A stretch of DNA of 64,000 nt from Octopus sinensis (lineage: Eukaryota): NCBI RefSeq assembly GCF_006345805.1, contig NC_043000.1, positions 160,890,001 through 160,954,000 on the forward strand, given 5' to 3'. This document shows positions 25,751-37,894 of this stretch, one piece after another (position 1 is the first letter of the stretch; each line of letters opens with the position of its first letter). The notes below the pieces were generated by a model. It made no database searches and was not told where the DNA came from. It saw nothing but the letters and a program-made list of their open reading frames with translations. The position numbers and the translations under genes were made by a program.

Positions 25751-26692
25751 AATTTTGAGCAGCTGGCTTCCATATAGGAATATTTAATAATTTATGCTAT
25801 GATCTTTTTCAGAAAAAAAAAACAAAAAATATTTTTTTCCCAATTAGTAGTTTCCGAGACAGAATTCAGTTTTTCTTTAATGCAGACAACTTTGATAGAA
25901 ATGATTTTAAAAACTATTTCAGCATTGTAGAAAATATGTGTTTCATCTTTGTCGTTTTAAAATTTAATTTCGAAAAATAGTTCCGCGCTAACAAATATAG
26001 ATCATTACAAAAATAGTGCTAAGTAAATTTGAAAAGTTTGTTGATACGTTAAATATTCTAAATTAGGAACATTTCTCCTGATGTTCAAATTAAAACCTTC
26101 TTAAGTATCATCTGTCCATTAATACGAGAATGTGATATTTAATGAGCTCATCAAAAATTAGGAAATCACAATTCAATTTCTTGATTCATATCCCTGCAAG
26201 AAATGAATCCCTTGAATTAATTAGGTAAAAGTAAAGCAAATAATCGACTTTAAGAGTTGTCCATATCGAAGAGAGCACGCAGTTTTTTCCTTTCACCACA
26301 GTTATACACTTTGAAAAGGCCAAGCTGTTAAGTCTGCAGGTTATTGTTCTGTGATTAACAATGGAAACAGCATTAAGGGATCTTCATTTAAGCTGTTATG
26401 CTTTTATGGAATCGTATAATTCTTTTATAAAAGGAAAACAAAATGTCCGTATATATTCCTTCCAATACAAAGTTGAAAGTTTCTAAGTCTTAAGGGATAT
26501 TTGAGATTCATATCGTTGAAAGAGTTTGAAGGCCAGTAGTCTGACAACAACAACAACTTTAAAATAATGGTACAATACTAAAAATTATGAAAATATCCGG
26601 AGTAATTTTCCCTTGATATCCTCTGGTCTGAAAAATATAAAAAGAAGTTAATAAAATGTATTATTATTGATAGCCTGACCAAATTCTTAGAA

Positions 26693-26900
26693 TATTGGTT
26701 TCAACTTTTGGCACAAGGCCAGTAAGTTCGGGGAAAGGGGTAAGTCGATTACATCGACCCCAGTGCTCAAACTGTACCTATCCGAAAGCATGAAAGACAA
26801 ATTCAACCCCGGCGAAATATGGATTCAGAACATAAAGACGGACGAAATGCCGCTAAGCATTTTGCCCAGCATGCTAAATTCTCTGCTAGCTCACCACCTT
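26693..26900 (-). mobile_element. tRNA-derived SINE, family C
   Basis: Homologous to 21101-21320 (taagtcgattacatcgaccccagtg; gacgaaatgccgctaagcat). Confidence 0.8.
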
Positions 26901-28016
26901 CAGTTCCTAGAATATTAATCAATCTACATTAAAAGTATATGATAAGTATATCAAAAATTTATATATATTTTAAAATAAATAATATTTCCCATAACGTAAG
27001 AACGCACTGAGTTTGACATATTTAAGTACCTTTTTAATATCGTTTATGAATAATATGATTGCTGTACACATTAAACATGTAAGTGTACAGTATAATCTGG
27101 TTTAATCTGAAATCCTCGAAATGTAGAATAAAATAAAGTAATCCACTTTCTCAAAATAGTCGATTTGTGACACAGAAGATTTGTTAAGCATCTATACAAC
27201 TATATCCTCCGTCCACTATTTCTGGAAGGGTTCACTATTTCTGAGGTTAGACAGCTCAGAAACAATGGTCATTGACAGCTCAGAAACAATGGTCATTTGT
27301 CTTTCGGGCTGGACTCTTAGCTGAGACTGTCGATATTGTCCAATCATGGACTGTAAAACATTTCTAAGATTTCCACTTGAGTTTCATGGAATGAAACTTT
27401 GCCCGCAATTGTAAGTGCATATAGTATAGAAACACACTCATATTGACTAATGGCAGTCACACTTGTGCTCTTGTAAGATACGCACTTCACTATACATGGC
27501 AACAATGTCTCTACATTTACCTACATATATGCAGACACAAAATCTTGATATATACCGCAGTCTTAATAACTATCTTTCCACTTGAAAAGTCGAACCTTTT
27601 CGCTTCGTTAGTGACTGCTTTGTCTTCTGAGAGGAAGTACTTATATGAAATTCAAAGGAAAACAAAGAATGACTGATTGTTAAAAAAGGCTGACGAAGAG
27701 AAGAAGCAACGGTTTTCTTCAAAGTTCATGTAAGTGTGAATGAGAGTAGGTGCGTTTAATTAATTATATGTATGCGTATATTCATATATAGGTGTATGTG
27801 TGTATGTGTGTGCGTGAGCGTGTGTGTGATAAATTGATGTGAATACTATAAAGCAGCTTTACGAATAATGACACGACATTCACTAAAGTGGAGAGAATAC
27901 AAAACGCAGAGTCAAATTTCTTTAAAAAGCTTGTGCTGACTATGAAATTATACATACAGATTACATACCTATACAAACACGTATATAAACATACATGCAT
28001 ATATATACGTATACAT

Positions 28017-28110
<94 letters not shown>

Positions 28111-30809
28111 GGCTCTATAGGCCGCCCCAAACACCCATACTGTGCTTTAAAGAATGCCTCAACAGCATTAAATTCTTTATTCAACAGTGCCATTCTAGCA
28201 ACCTACCCATGATGGGAGACTTCAATCTACCCTGTGTTGACTGGACTACAAACTATTTGAAACCAAGCACTCACGCCTCAACCGCTGACAAAGAAGCAGC
28301 AGAGTCACTTTTCGACTTTATGAATCAGTTTTTCTTGTCCCAACTGGTCCTTGCACCAACAAGACATCAGAAGAACATTTTGGACCTAGTGTTTAGTAAC
28401 CACACTAACACTATGCATAACGTTACAGTGGAGAAAACCCTTCTTTCAGACCATGACATGGTTCTCTGTAACATGAAATTCCACCAGCCGAAAGCTAATC
28501 CTAGTGACCTCCCTCCAACCCACCCATTTGACAACATGGATCTCCATAATGCCAACTGGGATGCAATCAGGAACGAGCTATCACATGTTGACTGGTCCTT
28601 TACACATACACACATCTCCACCAACCATAAAACATCTTGGCAGATCTTTGTAGACACCGTCACAGACATATGTGCAAAACACTCCCCACCAAGACCTATG
28701 AACAAAAAGTTCAGAATCCCCCAAAACAGAAAAACCATTATCAGAAAAATAAAAAGAACAAACAAAAAAATTAACAAACTAAAGTACTGCCAACAGCAAC
28801 ACACACATTCGACGGCTATCGCACTGCTTGAATCCAAAAAATATAACCTCCAACAATGCATGAAGACCCTCATCAATAACCAAAGATCAGCTGAGGAGAA
28901 GTGGGCCATTGAAAAAATCAAACTCAACCCCAAAGTGTTCTTTTCATTTGCGAGGAAACGCAGGGTCACTGTCTCCATTGTTGGCCCTCTAATTGATGAA
29001 ACTGGCACTCTCCAAGATAATGCGAAATCCATGGCCGAGATACTGCAGAAACAATACTGCTCTGTTTTCAGCAATCCTGATATGGCCGATCTGGGCTGTA
29101 TCAGTGATGTCAACCCCCAACACACTATATCGGACATAACGTTTAGTGCCCCTGATGTCTTAGCGGCGATAAACGAAATAAAACACAATTCAGCAGTAGG
29201 CCCCGATAGGTTCCCTGCTTGTGTCCTGAAGGTGTGTCGACGCCAACTTGCATCTCCCCTTGCTAATCTGTGGAGAAACTCACTGGATGCTGGCTATATT
29301 CCAAAAAACCTTCTGTCCCAGTCTGTTGTCCCAGTTTTCAAAAAGGGAAACAAGTCCCTTGCAGTGAACTACCGTCCGATCTCACTCACCTCTCATATCA
29401 TCAAGGTATTTGAGAGGGTGGTGAGATCTCGAATAACCCAATTTCCGGAAAGCAACAGACGGCTGATCTCTAACCAACTTGGGTTCCGTTATGGAAGGAA
29501 CTGCCTAACGCAGCTCCTGCATCACTTTGATGACATTTTGAGAGCTTTGGGAGAGGGCTCCAACACCGATGTCATCTACCTTGATTTCAGTAAGGCCTTC
29601 GACAGGGTCGATCACAAGATCCTATTGAAAAAACTATCCAACATTGGTGTCTCTGGAAAGTTACTGAAATGGATCAAGTGTTTCCTGACAGACAGATCTC
29701 AACATGTTGTAGTTGAAGGGGTAACATCAAGCCCAGCCAAAGTCAGTAGTGGCGTTCCGCAAGGCACTGTGCTGGGCCCACTTCTTTTCATCATCTACAT
29801 TAATGACATTAATGACATCATCAAGCACAGCAACATAAAAATCTTTGCAGATGATTCCAAGCTACAGAAGGTCATAAATGAGGCGAGTGACCGGACATGC
29901 CTTCAGTCAGATCTACTGGCTGTTATCCAATGGGCAGAAAAAAACAATATGCTGCTGAACGAGGATAAATTTGAGTTAATCCACTTTGGAAAAGAGGATG
30001 CCCTGAAACTCCCATACTCCCTTCAGGTGAAACTCTCGCGGCGTCCTACAACATCAGAGACTTGGGAGTAATTGTGGACAACAACATAAGCTGGGCCACT
30101 TATATAAACACCAAAGTTGACATGGCCCGCAGAATGTGTTCCTGGATTCTCAGAACTTTCCAGTCGAGAGATATCCACACCATTATCCTTCTCTTCTCCA
30201 CTTTTGCCCGACCCCACCTTGAATACTGTTGTCCACTGTGGTCTCCCCACACAATACAAAGTATCATAAAAGTTGAAGCACCTCAAAGGGCAATCACAAA
30301 AAAGATAGATGGCATAACAGGCCTCGACTATTTGGGTCGACTAGAAAAGCTAAAACTTTATTTTCTCCAACGTCGTCGTGAGCGCTACATCATCTGCATG
30401 ATGTGGAAAATATTCCATCAGCATTGCCCAAATGATGTTGGCATCACCTTTAAGGTACATCCAAGGCTTGGGCCCCGTGCCATCCGCCCAAAACAAAAAT
30501 CGCACTCTCATCTCATAACAACAATACGGCACAATTATTTCACCTCAATTGGCCCCGCTCTCTTTAACATTACACCAAAACACATTAAAACAGAAACTGA
30601 CCCTATAGGGTTCAAGAAGTCTTTGGACAGATTCCTTCAAGAAATCCCGGATAAACCCCCTACACCCGGATATGTCTCTGTAAACAATAACTCTCTACTT
30701 GAGTGGGCCATAGTGCCCAAATTCTGACTTGAAAGACTTCACCAGGTGGTGCTATTAAGTTAGACATGGCCTGGGCCAATAATGGCCGAAACCTATCAAA
30801 GTATCAAAG

Positions 30810-30810
<1 letters not shown>
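28111..30810 (+). mobile_element. 5'-truncated young CR1-type LINE ORF2 (APE C-half plus RT), one frameshift
   Basis: YRPP, GDFNLP, ILDLVF, SDH (APE); GPD, YRPISLTS, YLDFSKAFD, GVPQGTVLGPLLF, FADD (RT). Frameshift near 30022, stop at 30725-30727, (ATCAAAGT)2 tail, (TA)n on both sides. Confidence 0.95.
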
Positions 30811-30835
<25 letters not shown>

Positions 30836-30840
<5 letters not shown>

Positions 30841-31287
30841 AATCCAAACAACAAAAAAGCAAGAAAAACAAAAACGCGAGGATGTGGAACAAGTACTGTG
30901 TTATTGGACGTTCAGGAAAGGAAATAAAAGAAAGAGGATTTCACGTTTCGAGCGGAGCTCTTCATCAGAAATATAGAAACATAGAAAAAGTCCAAGGAAG
31001 GGAAGACGGAGAAAGACAATCGCCAACGATGCACACGTGATTACATATTGAAATGACAGGAAGGGAATGGGTGAAGAAAAATGTCTTTCTAAGACAGGAG
31101 AATGCAAGAGGAGATATATGTGTGTATGTGTGGGTATGTGCGTGTGCGCAGATCTCTGTGTGTGTAATGATAGAATGTGTATGTGCATGTGTGTGTGGGT
31201 GTGGCTGTTTATGTATGTGAGTGGTTCGACTTAGTGTCGCTTAAGGTCGTAAGAAGAAATTATAGTAAGAATTTTGGTAGAAGTGGC
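30836..31287 (-). mobile_element. Hammerhead-bearing dispersed repeat, copy 2
   Basis: Colinear with 3165-3620. Confidence 0.7.
30938..30972 (-). ncRNA. Minimal hammerhead motif, perfect core but G at cleavage position 17
   Basis: ATTT CTGATGA A GAGC-TCC-GCTC GAAA CG TG AAAT. Confidence 0.6.
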
Positions 31288-31303
31288 ATATACACACACA
31301 CGT

Positions 31304-31683
31304 GTGGTAAGTAGCTTGTTTACCAACCACATGGTTCCGGGTTCAGTCCCACTGCGTGGCACCTTGGGCAAGTGTCTTCTACTATAGCCTCGGGCCGACC
31401 AAATCCTTGTGAGTGGATTTGGTAGACGGAAACTGAAAGAAGCCCGTCGTATATATGTATATATATATGTTTGTGTGTGTTTATGTGTCTGTGTTTGTCC
31501 GCCTAGCATTGCTTGACAACCGATGCTGGTGTGTTTATGTCCCCGTCACTTAGCGGTTCGGCAAAAGAGACCGATATAATAAATACTGGGCTTACAAAAG
31601 AATAAGTCCCGGGGTCGAGTTGCTCGATTAAAGGCGATACTCCAGCATGGCTGCAGTCAAATGACTGAAACAAGTAAAAGAGT
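31304..31683 (+). mobile_element. tRNA-derived SINE, family A (5' few nt missing)
   Basis: gtgtggtaagtagcttg...gaaacaagtaaaagag. Confidence 0.9.
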
Positions 31684-31785
31684 ATATATATGAGTGTATG
31701 TGGGTGTATATATATATATATATATATTTTTTTTTTTTAATTTGGAGTCACCAAGAAGGAGTGCAGTAGGACATTTATTGTTTAA

Positions 31786-31825
31786 TCACTACAATTGTTT
31801 CCATGCAACGTTGTTCTTCAAGTGA
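31786..31825 (-). ncRNA. Hammerhead-like motif with damaged helix II
   Basis: TCAC TTGAAGA A CAACGTTGCATG GAAAC AATT GTA GTGA: helix I TCAC/GTGA, palindromic ACAATTGT helix III. Confidence 0.5.
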
Positions 31826-32267
31826 GAAGGCACGTGATTGTGCAACTATTATTCTGCATTATGAGTCGTAGTTGTGATTCTTCAGGTCATACGTTAATAT
31901 TTTCTCTGTAAGTTTACATTCTCGGCTTCAAGAACATCCTCACTTTCTTTTGTGACCTGAGTTTAGTAATTAGTCAATGAGTTTGTCACCGGGTGTATTT
32001 ACTGAAGGACCGTTGGCAAACTGAATGTGTAGATGTAGTAGGATGATGATTCTGCTACTGTTAAAATGGTTGCCGTCTTAAATGAATCGGCATTTGATTT
32101 CATTGTGCTGTTAGTTTGTTCTTTATGGTTTCTTACACATGCGATTGTCATTCACCGGCCTTTACAAATAGGCCTATACATACATATACGTGGTTGTTCC
32201 CATACATATCCATGTGCGTACTAACACTTGGACACATGCAAGCACACACACGCACAAACACATACGC

Positions 32268-32309
<42 letters not shown>

Positions 32310-32313
<4 letters not shown>

Positions 32314-32740
32314 TTCAAAATGTTACCTCATGTTTACCGTTGGCGATTTTTTTCTCTAAAAGAGAACAGCGGCAGCGTTCCCGGAAAATAATAGTTATCG
32401 CTGTTCTCTTTTAGAGAGACTTAGTTATTTTAATATTTCTATTATTGAAAACAAGTGGATGTATTCCACCGAAACTAGGTAAATAAAACCATCGAAAAGA
32501 GATTGTCGGAAGCGACACCTACTGGCTGGCTACGCTGCATTGAAAAGGGGCAATACCCCGAAACGCGTCTGTAGCTGCCGGTCAAGTAGTGTGGAGCGAC
32601 TGACCTCCCTTGTTCGAAGGTTATATGGATACAGTTTGTGTATCAAATAGCTAACTTAAGGCGATGGCCTCATGGAGCTAATAAGCGGACAGCTTTTTTC
32701 TTATTTTTATAAGAATGCCATATTAGTATGGCGATAACTA
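32310..32740 (+). mobile_element. Candidate non-LTR retrozyme unit between two (TA)n tracts
   Basis: Contains a 19-bp perfect hairpin, a relic hammerhead (32445-32486) and an intact one (32534-32575). Shares cgttggcgatttt with the 3165/30836 family. Confidence 0.5.
32534..32575 (+). ncRNA. Type-I hammerhead ribozyme with compensatory U3:A8 core
   Basis: GCTGCA TTGAAAA GGGG-CAATA-CCCC GAAAC GC GTC TGTAGC: 6-bp helix I, 4-bp helix II, palindromic ACGCGT helix III, GUC triplet. Confidence 0.75.
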
Positions 32741-32898
32741 TTATATATATATATATATATATATACGCACACATATACGGTTACATACTTGCACTCACAT
32801 ATATACGCACATATAAATATATTCACATATATACAAACGCATGCATATACGTACACAGGTGTGCGCGTGTGCTTACATTTATATACCCATATATGCAA

Positions 32899-32930
<32 letters not shown>

Positions 32931-32999
32931 ATACATGCATACATGCATACATACATATATACATACATACATGCATACATACATACATACATACATACA

Positions 33000-33030
<31 letters not shown>

Positions 33031-33625
33031 TAGAATAATAATGAAAAAGTTCTTTGTACAGTATTATATATATTTGAAAGAATGAGTAGAGATGGCTTTT
33101 TGGGGGGATAATTTGTATTTTAATCTTAAGAATAATGTTTACAATGAGTTACTATGATATGAGTTTCAAACTTCGTGTAGTCGTTTTCAAACTGAAAAAT
33201 GTATATTTAATGGTTGCTTAAATAGCAAAAGATATTTTCTTACTAATATACACATAAAAAGAAATACACAGAGAACAGAAAAGAATATAAAGTTTATTAA
33301 AAAATAAGGGAAAATGAAATATAAATAATTTATATATAAAAGCATGTGTGAAGAAGAGGAAGAAGAGGAGGAAGAGGAAGAGGAAGAAGGAGAGGAAGAA
33401 GAAAAAGAAGAAGGAGAGCAAGAGGAAGGAAGAAAGTAGGCGAAGAAGGGGATGGAGAAGAAGAGACAAAAAGTAAACGAAATCAAGAAAAAACAAAACA
33501 TATATATATAAATAAAAATAAAACAAATAATAAAAAATACGACTAATAGTAATTTTAAAAAGTCGTTGGAAGATTTAAGTCTATCAAGAATAATGAAATG
33601 GAAAATTTAGGAATGGACAGTATTA

Positions 33626-33827
33626 TACAGTTCTATATTTAAGAGATTAAGAATTATGTACATTATTAACATTTGACGGATATCTGTCCTCATCTTGTTT
33701 GCTATTAACACAACGTTTCGGCTAATATACCCTCCAGCCTTCATCGAATGTCTTGAGGGCATATTGCGTAGTGGTTAAGAGCCCGGGCTACCAACCCCAA
33801 GATTTCAAATTCGATTCCAGGCAGTGA

Positions 33828-33871
<44 letters not shown>

Positions 33872-34017
33872 TCGAAAAATACCTTAGGAATGTGAACCCA
33901 GGTTCGAAATTTCACCAAGACACCTGATGAAGGCTGGAGTGTATATCAGCTGAAACGTTGTGTTAACAACAAACACGATAAGGATAAATATCCGTCAAAT
34001 CTAAATAATGTAAATAA
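33626..34017 (+). mobile_element. Composite element: inverted partial pseudo-LTR + tRNA-derived head + (AAT)n + hammerhead-bearing pseudo-LTR
   Basis: 33660-33755 is the reverse complement of about 33915-34015. Head 33757-33831 has box A (ttgcgtagtgg) and box B (attcgattcc). Confidence 0.7.
33919..33964 (+). ncRNA. Minimal type-I hammerhead ribozyme motif
   Basis: GACAC CTGATGA A GGCTG-GAGTGTATAT-CAGCT GAAA CG TT GTGTT. The inverted copy at 33707-33752 has a mutated core (TCGATGA). Confidence 0.65.
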
Positions 34018-34118
34018 CGTATGGTCAGTATTGTTATGTTTTAGCAAAAGTTGGCCTATGGGGTGCGGTCAGCTATTCAGTTCTCACGGGTTTTGTGTGT
34101 GTGTATGTGTATATATAT

Positions 34119-34234
<116 letters not shown>

Positions 34235-34309
34235 CATGTATGCATGTATGTATGTATGTATGTATGTATGTATGTATGTATGTATGGGAAAAATAAATTC
34301 GAAAGAGAA

Positions 34310-35070
34310 CAATTCAAACTTTTTGAGTGCTCCACCCTTATTGCCGCCCCTATTTTTTCCATGTACGTCTCAAGACGTTCTCAAGACTCCGACAATTATT
34401 GGTACTGCTACTACCTTTGCATCGACCCCAACTGTTTAACCTCCCAAGCTAATCTGCTATATCTATTGACATTTCTTTCTTCCTTATCGCATACCTTGTT
34501 GTCAGCTGGGCATACTATATCTATGATCTAGCATAGTGTGTTTTCTTTCTCAGTTAAGACTATGTCTGGCTTCCTATTCTCTCTCATGGTTGCACTGAAT
34601 CATAAAATCCCACAGGATCTTGCATTATCATTTTCGATGATACCTTCGGGTTTATGGTCTACCAATGTTTTGCTCTGTCAAGTTCATATTCGTTGCAAAG
34701 TGTCCAATGGACAAGCCTTGCTATTTTGTCGTGGCGTCTCTTATATTCCTTCTGGGTTAACGGCATACATTGGCTGGTTATATGCCATACGGTTTCACCA
34801 TTTTGTCCATAGATTCTCCACTTAACACTTTCTGATGTGTTATTCTGTATTTTATGTAGTTTGTTCTTAGTGCTTGCTCTTGGGCAACTCAGATTAGAGT
34901 CTCCGTTTCCGATTTTAAATCACTTTTCGTGATCCACATCCATTTTTATTCTCTCTCTGCCTTATCTTCAACATCTCTATGATATTGTCCAGGCATTCTT
35001 TTCTTTACCCACCTATTTTCGGTTTCATTCGTTTTCAATTGCTTGTACAGCGCTTAATCTTTGCAATTTT
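34310..35070 (-). pseudogene. R4/Dong-like RLE non-LTR element, 3' fragment 1
   Basis: KSDLKSETETLI*VAQEQALRTNY...ETVWHITSQC...RRHDKIARLVHW...KPDIV...IIDIVCPAD...VPIIVG. Confidence 0.85.
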
Positions 35071-35169
35071 TCATCCTACACAAGCCTGTAAGCCGTTGCA
35101 CAGTATCCAGTATCATGATGTTGTTGATTGAAGATATTGTCTACCGGGGGTTTTCTACTGTCTGTCAAG

Positions 35170-35480
35170 TCAAGCAATGATCTCAGACACACTTTACGCA
35201 ATATACATGAATTTCCAAGTAATGATGGTTTTTGCAATACATCTAGATTGTAGGGTATTTGTAAAGTTTCCAGATGTTTCTTCGGGTTCGTTGGTATCGA
35301 ACACAGTACTCCCTTGACAATAGGGACAAAATTTATGTTTCACTCTCGTAGCTTCCACACCTTGGCAATCTCAATTCCATATTTATCTATCTTTTCTCTT
35401 TTTTTCATAATAATATATTGATCTCCTGGCAATGACACGTCGATTATAAGGCACTCTTCTTTGCCCCTTCAGTGTTCTAG
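35170..35480 (-). pseudogene. R4/Dong-like 3' fragment 2 (different lineage)
   Basis: CLIIDVSLPGD...EKIDKY..EIAKVW...VPIVKG...LQK..LLGNSCILRKV; preceded on its strand by (TAA)n at 35496-35604. Confidence 0.75.
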
Positions 35481-35523
35481 CGTCTTGTCTGTATTATTAT
35501 TATTATTATTATTATAATTATTA

Positions 35524-35602
<79 letters not shown>

Positions 35603-35604
35603 TA

Positions 35605-36170
35605 TGAGTTTGACTTTTGCCATATATTTGTACAAGTTGGATGTTGGTGTTATGCCTAGGGTGTCATATATTTGGTTTTGCACATAGTATTGTTCTAGAG
35701 AATGTTTAAGAATACAAGAACATTATGAGTTTGCATTAAAATTTGAGATTACATAGACAGTATTTTACGTAGGATATGGGCAGTTCCCATGAGCATCATC
35801 TTTTGAAATTCTGCCATTTCGGGGTTTCCTGATGTCTGAGCTAGGTAGCAATCAGCCCCAATTTGCCATCATTCCTAAGGCACCTATGACAACAGGTATT
35901 GTTTTAGTCTTGCGGTTCCACATTTTACCAATTTCTATTTCAAAATCGTTATACTCGCTCAGTTTTTGGTAGGTCTGGACAAATACCTTTATGTCCGTCC
36001 TATTCGCATCTATCTTTCTGTCTGTTCGAATGGTGAAATTCCAGAGAAGTGAGATTTGATCATTTTCAAGAACTGGAGGTTGTTTGTGTTCCCACCAGTT
36101 TTTATCATGGGGCAGATTCAGGTTTTTGCAAATTACCCAGTGAATATATTGTACTACTCTATCTATTATT
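35605..36170 (-). pseudogene. R4/Dong-like 3' fragment 3 with (TAA)n tail
   Basis: QYIHWVICKNLNLPHDKNWWEH...LLWNFTIRTDRKIDANR|TDIK...GTAHILRKILSM*; same lineage as 50525-51648; PD motif deleted. Confidence 0.88.
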
Positions 36171-36696
36171 GCAATTTTTATTTTCTATATTTTCAGTCGA
36201 TCAATCGATTGATTGATAAAATTGAACTATGAACGCACCTAAATGCATATATGAAACAGCTATTAGTTTATATGAGATAAATAAATGCATATAACCATTT
36301 ACTTCTGTCTTTTTAATGTATAACTCTGTAAAAACCTACCTTTTTAACTGGGTAATGCAGTTGTGGATTAATGAGATTAGAAATATGGATTAAATAATAA
36401 TGATGTTAATTAATTTCCACGAATAATAATGATGTTAATTAATTTCCACGAAAAGAAGGGACGAAACCAATAACTGATTAATACATTTGTAGTAGATACG
36501 ATTATTGATTAAAATGGGCACATGTTGTTTTCGAATTCGGATTACCTGGAGTACAATAGGGATCACAAGACACTTGTTAGTCTGGCGTATTTTTATCTAC
36601 AGAGAGCTTAAGATGTAATTCGTCTGGCTGAATATCCCTTATTAACCCCTCTTTGTGATATATATATATATATGGAGGGAGGTGCGCATATGTATA

Positions 36697-37109
36697 AATG
36701 GATATCAGTTAACGGCTGCTGTCAAAGAGGAGGAAGTAATCATCGAATGGACATTTTGTGCCCATTTTAATCAGTAATCGTATCTATTATAAACTTATTA
36801 ATCAGTTATTGGTTTCGTCCCTTCTTTTCGTGGAAATTAATTAACATCATTATTAATTAATCCATATTGCTAATCTCGGAAGATGAGCGAACTTTTTTGG
36901 CAAAATCACGAATTTGTTAATAGAATAATTATTTGGTCTTATTGTATTTCAGTTTTACCTAATTATATTTCACCATGAAATATCCTAATGCATATACTGA
37001 TTTCTACTACGGATACTTTGGTGTATACATGCACATTAGTATATATACCGGTATCTATGCATATTTTCATGGATATGCGTTCGTGTGTGTATGTATGTAT
37101 GTATGTATG

Positions 37110-37153
<44 letters not shown>

Positions 37154-37677
37154 TATGTATATAAATATGTATGTATATATATATACACATATATACACAC
37201 ACACATACATACATACATAAATATATTCACATGCATCCACACATAGACAAATGCATATTCATGAATACATATATATATATATATTATATATATATATATA
37301 TATATAATATATATATATATATATGCATAGATACTAATGTGCAAGTATGGACCAAAGTATCCGTAATGGAAATCACTATGTGTATTAGGATATTTCATGG
37401 TGAAATATAATTAGGTAAAACTGAAATACAATAAGACCAAATAATTATTCTATCAACAAATTCGTGATTTTGCCAAAAAAGTTCGCTCTTCTTCCGAGAT
37501 TAGCAATATGGGTTAATTAATAATGATGTTAATTAATTTCCACGAAAAGAAGGGACGAAACCAATAACTGATTAATAAGTTTATAGTAGATACGATTACT
37601 GATTAAAATGGGCACAAAATGTCCATTCGATGATTACTTCCTCCTCCTTGACAGAAGCCGTTAACTGATGACCATTC
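36697..37677. repeat. About 1-kb inverted repeat with microsatellite centre, plus a third partial copy at about 36370-36540
   Basis: atcagttaacggctgctgtcaaagaggagg... versus ...cctcctccttgacagaagccgttaactgat; taatgatgttaattaatttccacgaaaagaagggacgaaacc occurs three times (+,-,+). Confidence 0.9.
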
Positions 37678-37801
37678 ACGCACGCGCACACATAAGCGTA
37701 CACACAAATATATGACACGCGCGAGCACGTGTATGTATTAAATGTAAATTATCTTAAATTCACGTTCATATATACGCATGCGTATATGTGTATTCACGTG
37801 T

Positions 37802-37842
<41 letters not shown>

Positions 37843-37843
37843 T

Positions 37844-37894
<51 letters not shown>

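Noticed and set aside
27690-27727. CTGACGA-A-GAGAA...TTCTT-CAAAGTT hammerhead-like motif
   Set aside because: G12 and helix III are missing and helix I is not formed.
28367-29188. 273-aa minus-strand ORF
   Set aside because: Antisense shadow of CR1 ORF2.
33757-33831. Functional tRNA gene
   Set aside because: It has only A/B-box similarity, with no cloverleaf acceptor stem or oligo-T terminator; it is a SINE-type head.
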